Assembly (NCBI GenBank): GCA_963733035.1
Contig: CAVTBU010000008.1
Span: 128,001-192,000 of the forward strand
From: Pirellulales bacterium
GTDB taxonomy: Bacteria > Planctomycetota > Planctomycetia > Pirellulales > PALSA-1355
Length of the DNA stretch: 64,000 bases
Direction: 5' to 3'
The notes under the pieces were generated by a model. That model was not told the DNA's origin. It made no database searches and was given only the letters and a program-made list of their open reading frames with translations. The translations under genes and the position numbers were made by a program. This document shows, piece by piece, positions 28,441-41,677 of the stretch. The stretch's first letter is position 1. The number at the start of each line of letters is the position of its first letter.

Positions 28441-29511
28441 TCACTCGGCCAGATCAAAATCCGCGATGTACAACTGGCTCGAATGATCCGCCGAGCGATT
28501 GCTGGTCCACATCAGCTTCTGGCCGTCGGGCGAAAAGACGGGCAGCACGTCGGCCGCCGGATGATCGGTGATTCGCTCGATCGGGCCAGGCAGGATCTTG
28601 CCGTCCTTCTCTTCGTACTTCATCAACCACAGATCGTAGTTTGGACGCTTGGTCGGATCCGAGTGGTCGGCCCCGGTCCAAATAATGTACGGCTTCGTGG
28701 GATGCCAATAGGGAGCCCAATTGACGCCAATGTTGTCCGTCAGCGCAACGTCGTTCTTGCCGTCGATGCCAATCGCGTGAATCTGCAGCATCTCGGGCCG
28801 TTTGCGGTCGGTGCGATAGATAACCCACTTGCCGTCGGGCGAAATGAACGGGCCGCCGTCATAGCCGGGCTTATTGGTGAGTTGTCGCAGCCCAGAACCG
28901 TCGGAGTTCATCACGTACAAGTCGGCGTCACCATCGCGGTCGCTGCAGAATGCGATCAGCTTGCCATCGGCCGAATAGGCGCCCTCGGCATCGTAGCCCT
29001 TGGCGTTGGTAAGCTGCTTGAGGTTCTTGCCGTCGAGGTCCCCTTCGAAGATGTCCATGTAGGGATCGAAGTCCCAGGAATAACGCCGCCGGCGCCCGCT
29101 CTTGGCGTCCTCCTCTTGCTGCTCGCGCTCCTTCTCCTCGGTCTGCGAAAGTTCGGGGTCGAGGTGGCTGGAGGCAAACAGAATCCGCTTGCCGTCCGGC
29201 GAGAAGTAGCTGCACGTCGTCCGGCCGCGGCCGGTGCTGATCAGTTGCGGCTTGCCGCCGGCCAGCGACTGCTTGTAGATCTGGTAGAAGGGATAGCCCT
29301 GCGGTACCGCCTGATAGACGATCGAGTTGCCGTCCGGCGAGAAGTAACCCTCACCCGCCTTGGTAAATCCGGACGTCAGCTGCTTGATGTTGCTCAGATG
29401 CATCGCCTCCAGCGGACTTTCGGCCGCCGGCTGGGTTTCGTCGGCCAACGTTTGCACGGAAATCAACCACCATGCGGCCAACATGGCGACCAGCGCGCGC
29501 CCACTTGTCAT
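28441..29511 (-). CDS. Secreted TolB-like PD40 beta-propeller protein
   Basis: Signal peptide; repeated FSPDG motifs. Confidence 0.9.
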   Translation of the reverse strand: MTSGRALVAMLAAWWLISVQTLADETQPAAESPLEAMHLSNIKQLTSGFTKAGEGYFSPDGNSIVYQAVPQGYPFYQIYKQSLAGGKPQLISTGRGRTTCSYFSPDGKRILFASSHLDPELSQTEEKEREQQEEDAKSGRRRRYSWDFDPYMDIFEGDLDGKNLKQLTNAKGYDAEGAYSADGKLIAFCSDRDGDADLYVMNSDGSGLRQLTNKPGYDGGPFISPDGKWVIYRTDRKRPEMLQIHAIGIDGKNDVALTDNIGVNWAPYWHPTKPYIIWTGADHSDPTKRPNYDLWLMKYEEKDGKILPGPIERITDHPAADVLPVFSPDGQKLMWTSNRSADHSSQLYIADFDLAE

Positions 29512-29631
29512 CTGAAGCTCCTCAGGGTTTGGATCGCGGAATAAACCGCACACTGCGAAAACACAGGTGGGCGTGCCCCTCGCGACTGGCACGAACGCGG
29601 CGGCGCGAAGCGCGGCGGAACCCACTCCAAC

Positions 29632-29646
29632 ATTATAGCCGCTCGC
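29632..29646 (-). promoter_or_regulatory. Putative promoter, GCGAGCGGCTATAAT
   Basis: Consensus TATAAT about 120 nt upstream of ATG 29511. Confidence 0.5.
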
Positions 29647-29787
29647 TGGACAATGATCAGGCCGCGTGCCGATGGACCTTCCCACTGGGAGTTTCCCATA
29701 TCGGCGCTGCGGGCTAGTATGTCGTTCGGACGATAACCACTGTCTCGTGCCTTTTCCAATGCCCACGTCCCCCGCGAGTCACGTTCG

Positions 29788-30339
29788 ATGAAAATCTACA
29801 CCAAGACCGGCGATCGGGGCGACACGGGCCTGTTCGGCGGGCCACGCGTGAGCAAAGATGCTCCGCGGATCGAAGCCTACGGAACGGTCGACGAACTGAA
29901 CAGCCTGCTCGGCGTGACTCGGTCGCTGTTGCAGACGGGAGCCGTGGACACACTGCTGGAGCAAATTCAGAACGAGTTGTTCTCGCTCGGCGCGCAATTG
30001 GCAACGCCCGATCCCGTAGCCCATCAGATGCAATTGATCGGTCCGCCACAGGTCGCGTCACTCGAGGCGGCCATCGATCGATTCGAAGCAGGATTGGCCC
30101 CGCTGACGCAATTCATCCTGCCTGGCGGCAGCCCGGCGGCCGCGCAACTACATCTGGCGCGCACCGTCTGCCGCCGGGCTGAGCGACGCGTGGTGACACT
30201 GGTGCAAAACGCCAGCGAGCCGGTCGCCGGCGATTTGCTGGTTTATTTGAACCGGCTCAGCGATTTGCTGTTCGTCTTGGCCCGCGAGGTCAACCGCGGC
30301 TCTGGTCGCGGCGATGTTCCCTGGCGAAAGCCTTCATAA
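29788..30339 (+). CDS. pduO: PduO-type ATP:cob(I)alamin adenosyltransferase
   Basis: MKIYTKTGD.G.T, AYGTVDELNS, FILPGG, RTVCRRAER, YLNRLSD. Confidence 0.95.
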   Translation: MKIYTKTGDRGDTGLFGGPRVSKDAPRIEAYGTVDELNSLLGVTRSLLQTGAVDTLLEQIQNELFSLGAQLATPDPVAHQMQLIGPPQVASLEAAIDRFEAGLAPLTQFILPGGSPAAAQLHLARTVCRRAERRVVTLVQNASEPVAGDLLVYLNRLSDLLFVLAREVNRGSGRGDVPWRKPS

Positions 30340-30556
30340 CCAGCGTAATTCCCCGTGGCGATTGGCATTCAGCATCTTTACGCGCGGGGGGCGGATCGCT
30401 AGTCTTTCTGCTTGTTGGCATATTGGCGACTGGCCGCCGTTTCTGGATGCGGCCAACGCTACGCGCCTTCTTGTGGGGCTGTTCGGTTGGTTTTAGGCGG
30501 ACCGACTAAATGCCAGGGCGGACTTCTTGGTACTCATCTCGTAAAGGGAGCTTTCG

Positions 30557-32426
<1,870 letters not shown>

Positions 32427-32587
32427 AACCCTTCCAGCTTCACCATCGTCGCCGGCCCTGGTTCCAAATCGTGCCAAATCATCCGGTCGACGGCTTCGTT
32501 CATGGCGCGGCGAAAGTCCGTTGGCAGCTGTCTGTGATGACAGCGGGTCACCTGTGATGCGAATCCGTTAATCCGCGTACGCTGGTC

Positions 32588-35246
32588 ATGAACATTAGCC
32601 CGTCTTTCCGTCCCTCCGTGTTGGCCGCCCGCGATCGCCTGGCTACCGGTCGCGAGCAGATCCGCGAGCAACATCGGGCAGGATCTCCGGGCATTCAAGT
32701 ATGTGCGCGGTTGGCCGAGTTGCTCGATTCGGTCGTTCTCGAACTATACGAAAGCGCCGTCGCCGATTTGTGGCCCAAGGACTCGACGGAGATCCGCAGC
32801 GAAGTGACGCTGGTCGCGCACGGCGGCTATGGTCGCCGCGATGTGGCCCCCTATTCCGACGTCGACCTGATGATCCTGCACGCGCCTGGTACCGAGGAGC
32901 TGGTCGCCCCCCTGGCCAGTCGCCTGCTCCGCGACCTGTCGGACGTACGGCTCGAAGTGGGGCAAAGTTTGTGCACGCCTCAACAAGCGTGTTTGCTGGC
33001 AACCCAGGACGCCACAATCTGCACGGCCCTGATGGAATCACGACTGCTGGTCGGCGGAGAGAAGCTTTTCAAGACGTTTTTCGATCGATTTAGACGTCAA
33101 ACCCGCGCGATCGAAGCGATTGTTTCAAGCCATCGAAGATGCCCGCCGCACCGAGCGCCTGCAGTACGGCGAGACGGTCTATCTGCTCGAACCGAACATC
33201 AAGCGTTCGAGCGGCTGTCTGCGAGACCTGCAGTTGCTGCGCTGGCTGGGCTTTGCCCGCCACGGCACGACCGATCCGGCGGCTCAGCAACTTCTTGGAG
33301 CCATCACCAAGGCCGACCAAAGCGCGCTACGCGAAGCGAGCGAGTTTCTGCTCCGAGTCCGCAACGAATTGCACTTTCATGCCGGGCAGTCGAACGACGT
33401 GCTCGATCGTCATGAACAAGTCCGGTTGGCCGAGCTCTACGGTTACCAGGGCACCGAAGCCATTCTGCCGGTCGAGCGTTTCATGAGCGACTATTTCCGC
33501 CATACCAGCGCCGTCCGAGGCGTCGTCCGCGCCTCGGTCAACAATTGGCGGCCGGGGCAAGCGTGGAAACGCTTTGCTGGCCTGATTTTCAGCCATCAAG
33601 TCGAGGGGGACTACCGCGTCACGTTTCGAGACATTGTCGCCACCCGCCGCTGCCTCGAGAAACTGCAGACCGAACTATCCGAGGTTCTCAAACTGTGCGT
33701 GCTTTCGAACTTGCAAAATAAACCAATCGCCCCCGAAACCTGGGAGACCGTGCGGGCCGCCGTGCCCAAATTCCCGTCAGAAGTGACCCCGGAAGTTGCG
33801 CGGCAATTTCTCTCGCTTGTATCGCAACCTGGTCGTCTAGGAAAACTCCTTCGGAGACTGCACGAAGTCGGCGTGCTCGAAAAGATCGTGCCGGCGTTTA
33901 CCCACGCTCGTAGCTTGCTGCAGTTCAATGAGTATCACCGCTACACGGTGGACGAGCACAGTATTCTCGCGGTCGAACGGGCCACGGAGTTCGTGCATGA
34001 TCTCGGGACGCTCGGCCGCGTGTACCGCGGCATCAAGCAAAAACGCACGCTGCATTTGGCTCTCTTGATCCACGATCTGGGCAAGGGTTTCGTCGAAGAT
34101 CACAGCGAGGTTGGGCTGAAAATTGCCGAGGAAACCGCTGAACGACTCCGGCTCTCGGTACGCGAAACCGAAACGCTCAAATTCCTCGTTCACAAGCATC
34201 TCGTCATGTCGCACCTGGCTTTCTGGCGCGATAGTTCCGATCCGCAGCTCGTTTTGCGGTTTGCGGTCGAGGTCGGATCGCCCGAGGTGCTCGACATGCT
34301 GTTTGTGCTCACCGCCGCCGATTTCGCGGCCGTCGGTCCGGGCGTATGGGATAGCTGGAAGGCCGACGTACTCACCGCCCTCTACAAGCGAACCATGCGG
34401 CATTTGGCCAGCGACGCTCCGGCCACCGACACGACCGAGCGATTCGACCGCCGACGCGCCGAGGTACGCAGGCTGCTTGTGGGCGAGGCCGATGCAAAAT
34501 GGTATGCCCGGCAGATCGATGCATTGCCGCATGCTTACGCCTTTAACGCGCCGCCAGAGCAAATTGCTGCCGAGCTGCGCGACTTGCACAGCCTGACGCC
34601 CGGTGAAGCGCACACGCATGGACGCTACCTACCTGAAAGCGACACGTTGGAGTTTGTCGTCGGCACGCACGAGACGATCACCCCAGGCGTGTTCCATAAG
34701 ATCACCGGGGCGCTGGCGGCCCAGGGACTGCAGATTCTCTCGGCCGAGATCAATACGCTGGCCGACGGGTTGGTGCTGGATCGCTTCTATGCCAATGACC
34801 CGGACTACGCCGAGCAGCCGCCGCAGGAACGATTGGACGCGGCCTGCACAGCCATCGAACGTGCGCTCAAATCGCCGCACGACGCGATGCCGGTGTTTCG
34901 CAAAGTTTGGCAGAGCGCCGCCGAGCGAGACCGCGCGGCACTCAATCCACGTCCCGGCCGCGTCCTAATCGACAATAGCAGTTCCGACACCTTTACCATC
35001 ATCGACGTCTTTGCCCACGATCGAAAAGGGCTGCTGTTCACGATTGCGCGAACGCTGTTCGACCTGGAACTCTCGGTCTCGGTCGCCAAGATCGGCACGC
35101 ATCTTGACCAGGTAGTCGATGTGTTTTACGTCACCGATCGCTCAGGCACCAAAGTGACCGACGAAGGCCGCATTTCGCAAATCACCAGTCGCTTGCTGGA
35201 GGCCATCGACGAGCCCGGCCACAGCACAGTGCCGAATGAGACGTAA
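32588..35246 (+). CDS. glnD: [Protein-PII] uridylyltransferase, apparent frameshift at about 33101-33110
   Basis: GGYGR...YSDVDL in ORF 32588; LEPNIK, YTVDEH, HDLGKG and ACT domains in ORF ending 35246. Confidence 0.92.
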
Positions 35247-35256
35247 ACAGATGGTT

Positions 35257-36706
35257 TCACGACCCCGCGTCGAGTGCGAGCATCGAGCTGCGCCAGCGGG
35301 TCTGAAACTCGTCGAGCGGCATGCCCACGAGTTTCTCGAAACGGACCACCGGATCCAAATCGGCCGCGGCCGGGCTCAGATAGGCGTCAAAGACGGGCAA
35401 ATCGAGAACGCGCTGCTCAAACGCCAAATAGTACGCCAATCCCCAGGAATAGTAGTACGCTCGCGATATTTCGCTGCCGTCTCCGCGATGGGCACCGAGA
35501 AACGTATTGCTGCCCGCCCTCAGCAAATCGGCAAGTTCTAGCGGGTGCTCGCCGCGCAGGTCGGCCTGCAGTTTCTCAAGCGCCACCAGGTTCGGCGAAT
35601 CAATCCGCAGTGTGTCTGCCTCCAGACGTCCCGCCTCGAACGTCTGGGCCAGCCCCTCGTTCAACCAACGTGGGACGTCGTAGATGCGGTGCGGATAGAC
35701 GTATGTCTCCAGGTACGCGTGAAAAGCCTCATGCGCCAGCCGCGTGAACATGCGGCCGGTCACTTCGTTGAACTTGGCGGCGTTCGCCCGGTCGACCGCC
35801 GCGATCTTTTGCAGTACCGACCGGCGCTGGTCCACCCATTTGCGCTGCTCGGCGAGCAAGATTCGCAGCCGCTCGGCGGCGGGAATGCCGGCCGCCTTCA
35901 GGTCTTCTCCGAGTTTCTTAACGCGATCGGGGACGTCGTCCACCAGGGCGTTGAACCGCTGACGGATCTCGTGATGCTCGCGATTGACCTTCGCCAATTC
36001 CGCGTCAAAACGGTTGAGTTCGCTACCGGCGAGGATCATGTTGCGATCGGCCAGGTACACGGCCGGATTGTCGATCGAAAGCCCCAGTTCCGCGAGCGCG
36101 GAGCGGTATTGCCGGTTGCTGCCGAAAATACGAATGTGCACCCGGCCGCCATCGTGCCAGCGGGGCGGCAAGAGTTGCCGATAGGCGGTGAAGATCTGCC
36201 CCAAGCGCACAATTAACCGCCGCGTCATGACCTCATCCGCGGTGCTTTCGAGCGTAAACCACTGTCCCTGATAGTTCCACAGCACCTGGCCATCGTCGCT
36301 GGTGGCGGCGAGCGCAAGATCCTCCATTCGCCGTCCTTCGACGAGCGTGCGCCGCTTATATCGTTCCAAACGCTCGCGCAGTTCCTTCTGCTGCTCAGTG
36401 GTAATCCGATGCCAGCTTTCGATGGCCTTGCGCTGGAGTGGACGCACGACTAGACTCATCGGCTTGCCCCGCGGCCGCCGGACTTCCAAAAACTCGATAC
36501 TGGCCGGGCTCTCCGACAGAATCAGCCCTTCGTAGACTTTGCCGTCGACCAGCTTGACTCGTTCGAGCGGCCAATCGGCTTCCAGCGGCGTCGATTCGCT
36601 GACTTCCGTGTTGTCTGCCGCGCGCATCGCCCACCATATTGGAAATGCCCAACAGCGCCAGTCCGCACGCCAACAGGCTGCACGACACGCAAGCCGGACA
36701 CCGCAT
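35257..36706 (-). CDS. DUF1570-type HExxH metallopeptidase-like secreted protein; signal peptide out of frame at about 36620-36627
   Basis: AHEAFH...PRWLNEGLA...Y..SW; restoring GC gives signal peptide ...VGDARA|ADN. Confidence 0.8.
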
Positions 36707-36820
36707 TGGAGACCTCGCGGCGAAACGAAGGGAATTGCCTCTTACGTTCACGATCGCGCACCAGCGACAACTTGTCAAGCTTGCGGCTTGCCTCTGCCAT
36801 GGCTCGGGCGAGATTCGCCA

Positions 36821-36862
36821 TGAAAGAAGCCGGCTGGCCTCATCGGATGCGGCCAGCCGGCT
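36821..36862 (-). terminator. Terminator after the DUF3500 gene
   Basis: Stem AGCCGGCTGGCC/GGCCAGCCGGCT followed by UCUUUC on the minus strand. Confidence 0.65.
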
Positions 36863-36894
36863 GTGTCTCGCGGGTGACTAACTTTGTGCGCAAG

Positions 36895-37923
36895 CTAGGC
36901 GTTTAGCTTCACGCTCGGGTCGTCGGCCACGTTCACCCACACGTGCACGTGTGGCGTGCCGCGGAAGTACCAGACAAACGCCGGGCCTTCCAGCCGCCAG
37001 CAATCCCAAACTTTGTCGTTGCCAATATCGCCGTCGCTGTAGAAAGCCAGTGAGCATTTCTCCAGGCCACCCTGCGTCTTGAGGCACTGCATGACTTCCT
37101 CCCGATCGACTTGCCGATAGGGCTCGATGAGCTTTTGCAGCACCTCGGCCACGACCGATTGTTGATCGCTGGCCAGATCGCCGACGGGAATGCCCGGGTA
37201 CTTGCCGGCAGCATGAAAGCCGGAATCCTGCTCGCGCGGCAGCTTGTTGACCAATGCCTTCTCCCGCTGTTTGCCGTCGAGCATGTCGTAGACCTTGTTG
37301 GCAGCCAGAGCCTGTGGCCAGAAGACGTTGCCCGGGTGATCTGGCTTTTCGTTGAAGCCCTGCGCGGCATGCCCGTAAAAGATCGGCCCACCGAAGGCGA
37401 CGTGTTCGGCACTATTGCCGTCGCAGCGGAGCGTCATGTGGCGCCCGGTCATCACGAACTCGAAGTTTTCGCCCGGCTTGCCAAACATGGCGATGCTTTG
37501 TTCCTCGCCATAGCCGCCGGCATCGTCCTCGAGCTGCTTGTAAATCCGCTCGTGCCAGTCGGGCTGGATGATTCCCTCGAAAATGTGCTTGATCATCGCC
37601 TGCTGGTCCTTGGTGTAGAACTCGCTGGTGATGTTCGGTTCGGTAATATTCCAGTTGTTCGCGACTCGCGTACGCAGCAGCCCGCGTTCCGGCTCGGTGT
37701 AGTCCCACGCGAAGCAGACGGCGTCTTTTTGCTGAGGCGTCAGCGACTCGTAGAGCAGCTTGCTGACGGTTTCGGGCGTTCCGGCAGCCGGAACAGCGGC
37801 GGCGCGGGCCAACAGCGGCGACGCACCGACGGCCAAGGCAGCGGCGCCGGCCGACTTCAAGAATTCACGACGCGAAACGTCCGACAGCGAATCGCAATCG
37901 CGGCAAATGCGAATAAGCGACAT
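36895..37923 (-). CDS. Tat-exported DUF3500-family protein
   Basis: SRREFLK twin-arginine signal; FG.P...GRH.T, GGPIFYG, WRLEGP, PHVH. Confidence 0.8.
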   Translation of the reverse strand: MSLIRICRDCDSLSDVSRREFLKSAGAAALAVGASPLLARAAAVPAAGTPETVSKLLYESLTPQQKDAVCFAWDYTEPERGLLRTRVANNWNITEPNITSEFYTKDQQAMIKHIFEGIIQPDWHERIYKQLEDDAGGYGEEQSIAMFGKPGENFEFVMTGRHMTLRCDGNSAEHVAFGGPIFYGHAAQGFNEKPDHPGNVFWPQALAANKVYDMLDGKQREKALVNKLPREQDSGFHAAGKYPGIPVGDLASDQQSVVAEVLQKLIEPYRQVDREEVMQCLKTQGGLEKCSLAFYSDGDIGNDKVWDCWRLEGPAFVWYFRGTPHVHVWVNVADDPSVKLNA

Positions 37924-38070
37924 GGTGAAAAGCCTCCCTGGGTATGGGGTTGGATGCGTGGTGCGAACGCGCGTTTATTTAACCCGATGGTTCGGCCGAA
38001 TGCAAATTTCTCCCTGGACACACCAGCAATAGCGCTGTCGCGCGCGCCGAACTTGCGGCTGCATTCGGCA

Positions 38071-38920
38071 CTAACCTCCGGATTTACTTTTTGGTTGACA
38101 ACGTCGACAGAAAAACGTGGCTCGTTGGGCCTGCACCATCCGCTCGATCTTGGCCCTGCCGCAACTGGGGCACACGTCGCCAGCCCGATCGTAAACGCGA
38201 TGGTGATTTTGATAGCTGCCCGACTGGTTCAGCGCGTTGCGATAGGTGCCGTCGCCGAGGGTCGAACCTTCATACCGAATGGCTGTCTCCAGGATCTCGA
38301 TCATGGCCGCCTGAATCCGCTGCCAATCGCCCGCGCAGGCGGTCGCATCGTTTTTGGGGGTGAATGCCGGCCACGTGCAACAGTTCGCTGGCGTATAGGT
38401 TGCCGATACCGGCCACGGCTCGCTGATCGAGCAGGGCGACTTTGATCTCCCGGCGGCTCTTGTGCAGCCTCTCGCGGAGGTTGTCGGCCGAAATGGAGAG
38501 TGCGTCCGGCCCGAGTTTCTCACGACCGTAAAGCGCGTCGAATTCTATTGGCGAAACCAACCGCACGAGTCCCAGGCCGCGTCGGTCCCAGAAAAGTAGT
38601 TTGCTGCTCTTGCGGCCGGCCAGCTTTACCTCAAAACGCAAATGCTCGGTCGTCGGCGGCGCCGCCAACAGCACCAGTCCGGTCATCCGTGGTTCGAAGA
38701 CTAGCGCATCCGCGGAGTCCAACCGTACAACGACTCGCTTACCCACACGATCAACTGCGGTGATCGTCCGGCCGACGGCCTGTCGCCGCATCCTGTCGAT
38801 ACGGGGAGCGATCAGTATCGGACGCTTCGCACAAGGCGGTCGGCGGACGTCCGTCACGCGACTCCCCACGATGGGCAACACGCCACGGCGCATCGTTTCG
38901 ACTTCTGGTAGTTCCGGCAC
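38071..38920 (-). CDS. mutM: Formamidopyrimidine-DNA glycosylase, apparent frameshift at about 38330-38337
   Basis: [23 protein letters not shown] in one frame; GST...CPSC...FCRRCQ zinc finger in the next. Confidence 0.93.
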
Positions 38921-39116
38921 TTACCCCCCTCCGACGCTGCCGAACAAAGATTGCCAATAGATCACGCCATCAGACCGGGAGCACCAAACCCCGTCAATGA
39001 CGGACGTGGGACTTCGCAGGCCGGTCGCCGGAGATTCCCGCTTATGGTAAATTGGCTTGCTTCACGAGGCCGATTTCATTGCCGGAATACCCCGCCAACC
39101 TGGAGAGATTTGACTG

Positions 39117-39401
39117 ATGCTGTATATGAACGTGCTGCTCACGGTCAAGGACCGCGGCGACATCGAAACCGTCAAGGGACTGCTGGTGGAAGCCGGCCGG
39201 CTGTCGCGTGAGGAGCCCGGCTGTGCCCGCTTCGAGGTTTACCACTCGACCGCCGACGACGCGAAATTCCTGCTCAACGAACATTGGGAGTCGCAGGAAG
39301 CCCTCGATGGTCACCGCCAGGGGGTTCCGTACACGCAAATCTATCAACCCAAGGTGATGCCGCTGGTGGTCCGCGAAGGGCATCCCTCGAACCTTTTATA
39401 A
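39117..39401 (+). CDS. ABM-family (putative quinol monooxygenase) protein
   Basis: SREEPGC..F, F.L.E.WES.EAL..H; GGAG SD. Confidence 0.88.
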   Translation: MLYMNVLLTVKDRGDIETVKGLLVEAGRLSREEPGCARFEVYHSTADDAKFLLNEHWESQEALDGHRQGVPYTQIYQPKVMPLVVREGHPSNLL

Positions 39402-39565
39402 CCGAATTGCGTCCCCCGAAAGCCAAGGCAGTGGCCTGACCCGGGAAGGCATTCCAAAATCGTCCGGGCTCGTGCGACTTCCCCGCCTTGTCGCCCGCAA
39501 CCTGCCAGACGACAATTAACAGTTTCAACTCCGGCTGTTTCCACTACCCACAGAATCTCATGCCG

Positions 39566-40768
39566 ATGTCCGCCTCTTCTCACGTGCCCGACGCTGCCGG
39601 GCGTTTTGGATCGTTCGGCGGTCGCTACGTGCCCGAGACGCTGATGCGGGCCTTGGAGGAGCTGGCCGCCGAGTATGAGAAAGCTCGCGTCGATCCGGCC
39701 TTTCAGGCGGAGTTGGACGACCTGCTTCGCAATTACGTTGGCCGTCCCTCGCCGCTCTATCACGCCAAGCGACTCAGCGAGGAAGCCGGTGGGGCCCAAA
39801 TCTACCTCAAGCGCGAAGACCTGAACCACACGGGTGCCCACAAGATCAACAACACGCTCGGCCAGGCACTGCTCACCATTCGCATGGGCAAGAAGCGCGT
39901 CATTGCCGAAACCGGCGCCGGCCAGCACGGCGTGGCCACGGCCACCGCTTGTGCCCGCTTCGGGCTCGACTGCGTCGTCTACATGGGCGAGGAGGACATT
40001 CGCCGCCAGCAGCCCAACGTGTTCAGCATGAAGTTGCTGGGGGCCCAGGTGCGGCCCGTCTCAAGTGGCTCGCGGACGCTACGCGATGCGATCAACGAGG
40101 CGATGCGCGACTGGATGTCGTCGGTCGAAACGACGCACTACATTCTCGGCTCGGTCGTCGGCCCCCATCCGTTTCCGGTGATCGTGCGGGACTTCCAATC
40201 GGTGATCGGTTCCGAAACCATCGAACAATCGCGCAAACAAATCGGCCGGCTACCGGACATGGTCGTGGCCTGCGTCGGGGGTGGGAGCAACGCGGCCGGC
40301 ATGTTTTATCCCTTCGTCGAAGAACAGGGGGTCGAACTGGTAGGTATCGAAGCGGGCGGCCGCTCGGACCAGCCGGGCCAGCATGCCTCCCCGCTCTCGT
40401 ACGGCCAACCGGGTGTGCTGCACGGCAGCTATAGCTACGTGATGCAGGACGAAGACGGCCAGACGTGCGACGTCCACTCAATCTCCGCCGGCCTCGACTA
40501 TCCAGGCGTTGGTCCCGAACACAGCTATTGGAAGGAGAGTGGCCGCGTTCGCTATACCTGCTGCCGAGACGACGAGGCCTTGAAGGCGTTTGGCACGCTG
40601 GCTCGCACCGAAGGCATCTTGCCGGCCCTGGAAAGCTCGCACGCGGTCGCCAAGGCGATAGAACTGGCCAAGGGGCGTAAGAAGAACGAGGTGATCGTGG
40701 TTTGCCTGTCTGGCCGGGGCGACAAAGACGCCGCCGAAATTGCCCGCCTGACCGATGCCGCAAAATAG
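39566..40768 (+). CDS. trpB: Tryptophan synthase beta chain
   Basis: [48 protein letters not shown]; start 39560 or 39566. Confidence 0.97.
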   Translation: MSASSHVPDAAGRFGSFGGRYVPETLMRALEELAAEYEKARVDPAFQAELDDLLRNYVGRPSPLYHAKRLSEEAGGAQIYLKREDLNHTGAHKINNTLGQALLTIRMGKKRVIAETGAGQHGVATATACARFGLDCVVYMGEEDIRRQQPNVFSMKLLGAQVRPVSSGSRTLRDAINEAMRDWMSSVETTHYILGSVVGPHPFPVIVRDFQSVIGSETIEQSRKQIGRLPDMVVACVGGGSNAAGMFYPFVEEQGVELVGIEAGGRSDQPGQHASPLSYGQPGVLHGSYSYVMQDEDGQTCDVHSISAGLDYPGVGPEHSYWKESGRVRYTCCRDDEALKAFGTLARTEGILPALESSHAVAKAIELAKGRKKNEVIVVCLSGRGDKDAAEIARLTDAAK

Positions 40769-40831
40769 GTCAGGCCTCGGCCTGACAGAAACCGCTTATC
40801 GAAACTCCCGTCGGGCCAAGGCCTGACCTAC
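40766..40831. repeat. Inverted REP-like doublet (GTAG family)
   Basis: TAGGTCAGGCCTCGGCCTGAC, 23-nt spacer, GTCGGGCCAAGGCCTGACCTAC; each arm is internally palindromic. Confidence 0.7.
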
Positions 40832-40842
40832 GAAGAACAAAC

Positions 40843-41646
40843 ATGTCGCAAATCGACGACCTCTTTGCCAAGCTTCGCTCCGCCGGCCAGAAGGCGTTCA
40901 TGCCGTTCGTCACGGCCGGCGATCCCGACTTGGAATTCACGGCCGCCGTGCTGAAGGAACTGGCCGCGCGGGGCAGCCATCTCTGTGAACTTGGCATTCC
41001 CTATAGCGACCCGATTGCCGATGGACCGGTGATTCAGGAATCGTATACGCGTGCCTTGAACCACAAGATCAAGCTCGCCCAAATCCTGAAGATGCTAAGC
41101 GAGGTAACGCCGAGCGTCACGGCCCCGGTCGTGACCATGGTCAGCTACGCCATCGTGCTGCGGCACGGACTGGCAAAGTATGTCGAAGATGCCAAGCGCG
41201 CTGGCGCAGCCGGTGCCATCGTGCCCGACTTGCCGGCCGACGAAGCGGACGAACTCTCGCAGCATTGTCGAAAGGCCGATTTCAGTCTGGTGCAGCTCGT
41301 CACGCCCACCACGCCCCGCGAGCGTGCCCTACGAATCGCCGAAAGCTCCAGCGGCTTTTTGTACTACGTGTCCGTGGCTGGCATCACCGGCGAACGCACC
41401 GAACTACCCCGCGACCTGATCGAAAACGTCGCCTGGCTTCGCGAGCAGACACCGCTACCGATCTGCATCGGCTTCGGCATCAGCCAGCCCGAGCACATCA
41501 AAAAATTGGCCCCGGTCGCTGACGGTCTGATCGTCGGCTCGGCCATCGTTCGCCGCATTGCTGCCGCAGGTACCAAGCCGCGTGAAGCGGTGCTGAAAGA
41601 CGTCGGCCAGTATGCTGCCACTTTGTTGGCCGCGCTAAACCCGTAA
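40843..41646 (+). CDS. trpA: Tryptophan synthase alpha chain
   Basis: TAGDP, ELGIPYSDPIADGPVIQ, GITGER, GFGIS, IVGSA. Confidence 0.97.
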   Translation: MSQIDDLFAKLRSAGQKAFMPFVTAGDPDLEFTAAVLKELAARGSHLCELGIPYSDPIADGPVIQESYTRALNHKIKLAQILKMLSEVTPSVTAPVVTMVSYAIVLRHGLAKYVEDAKRAGAAGAIVPDLPADEADELSQHCRKADFSLVQLVTPTTPRERALRIAESSSGFLYYVSVAGITGERTELPRDLIENVAWLREQTPLPICIGFGISQPEHIKKLAPVADGLIVGSAIVRRIAAAGTKPREAVLKDVGQYAATLLAALNP

Positions 41647-41677
41647 CGATCGCACCTGCGGACTGTGCCGCGCTCGA

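Noticed and set aside
29665..29710. Cobalamin riboswitch upstream of pduO (CCACTG and GGGAAGG fragments)
   Set aside because: Fragments lie on opposite strands; no B12 box or conserved core
30340..30556. Sigma-54 promoter for amtB
   Set aside because: TGGCA occurrences lack the correctly spaced -12 TTGC
33095..33125. Programmed frameshifting in glnD and the other split genes
   Set aside because: No slippery heptamers; unrelated genes are affected, so sequencing error is more parsimonious
39402..39565. trp attenuator
   Set aside because: No leader peptide with tandem Trp codons and no terminator/antiterminator pair
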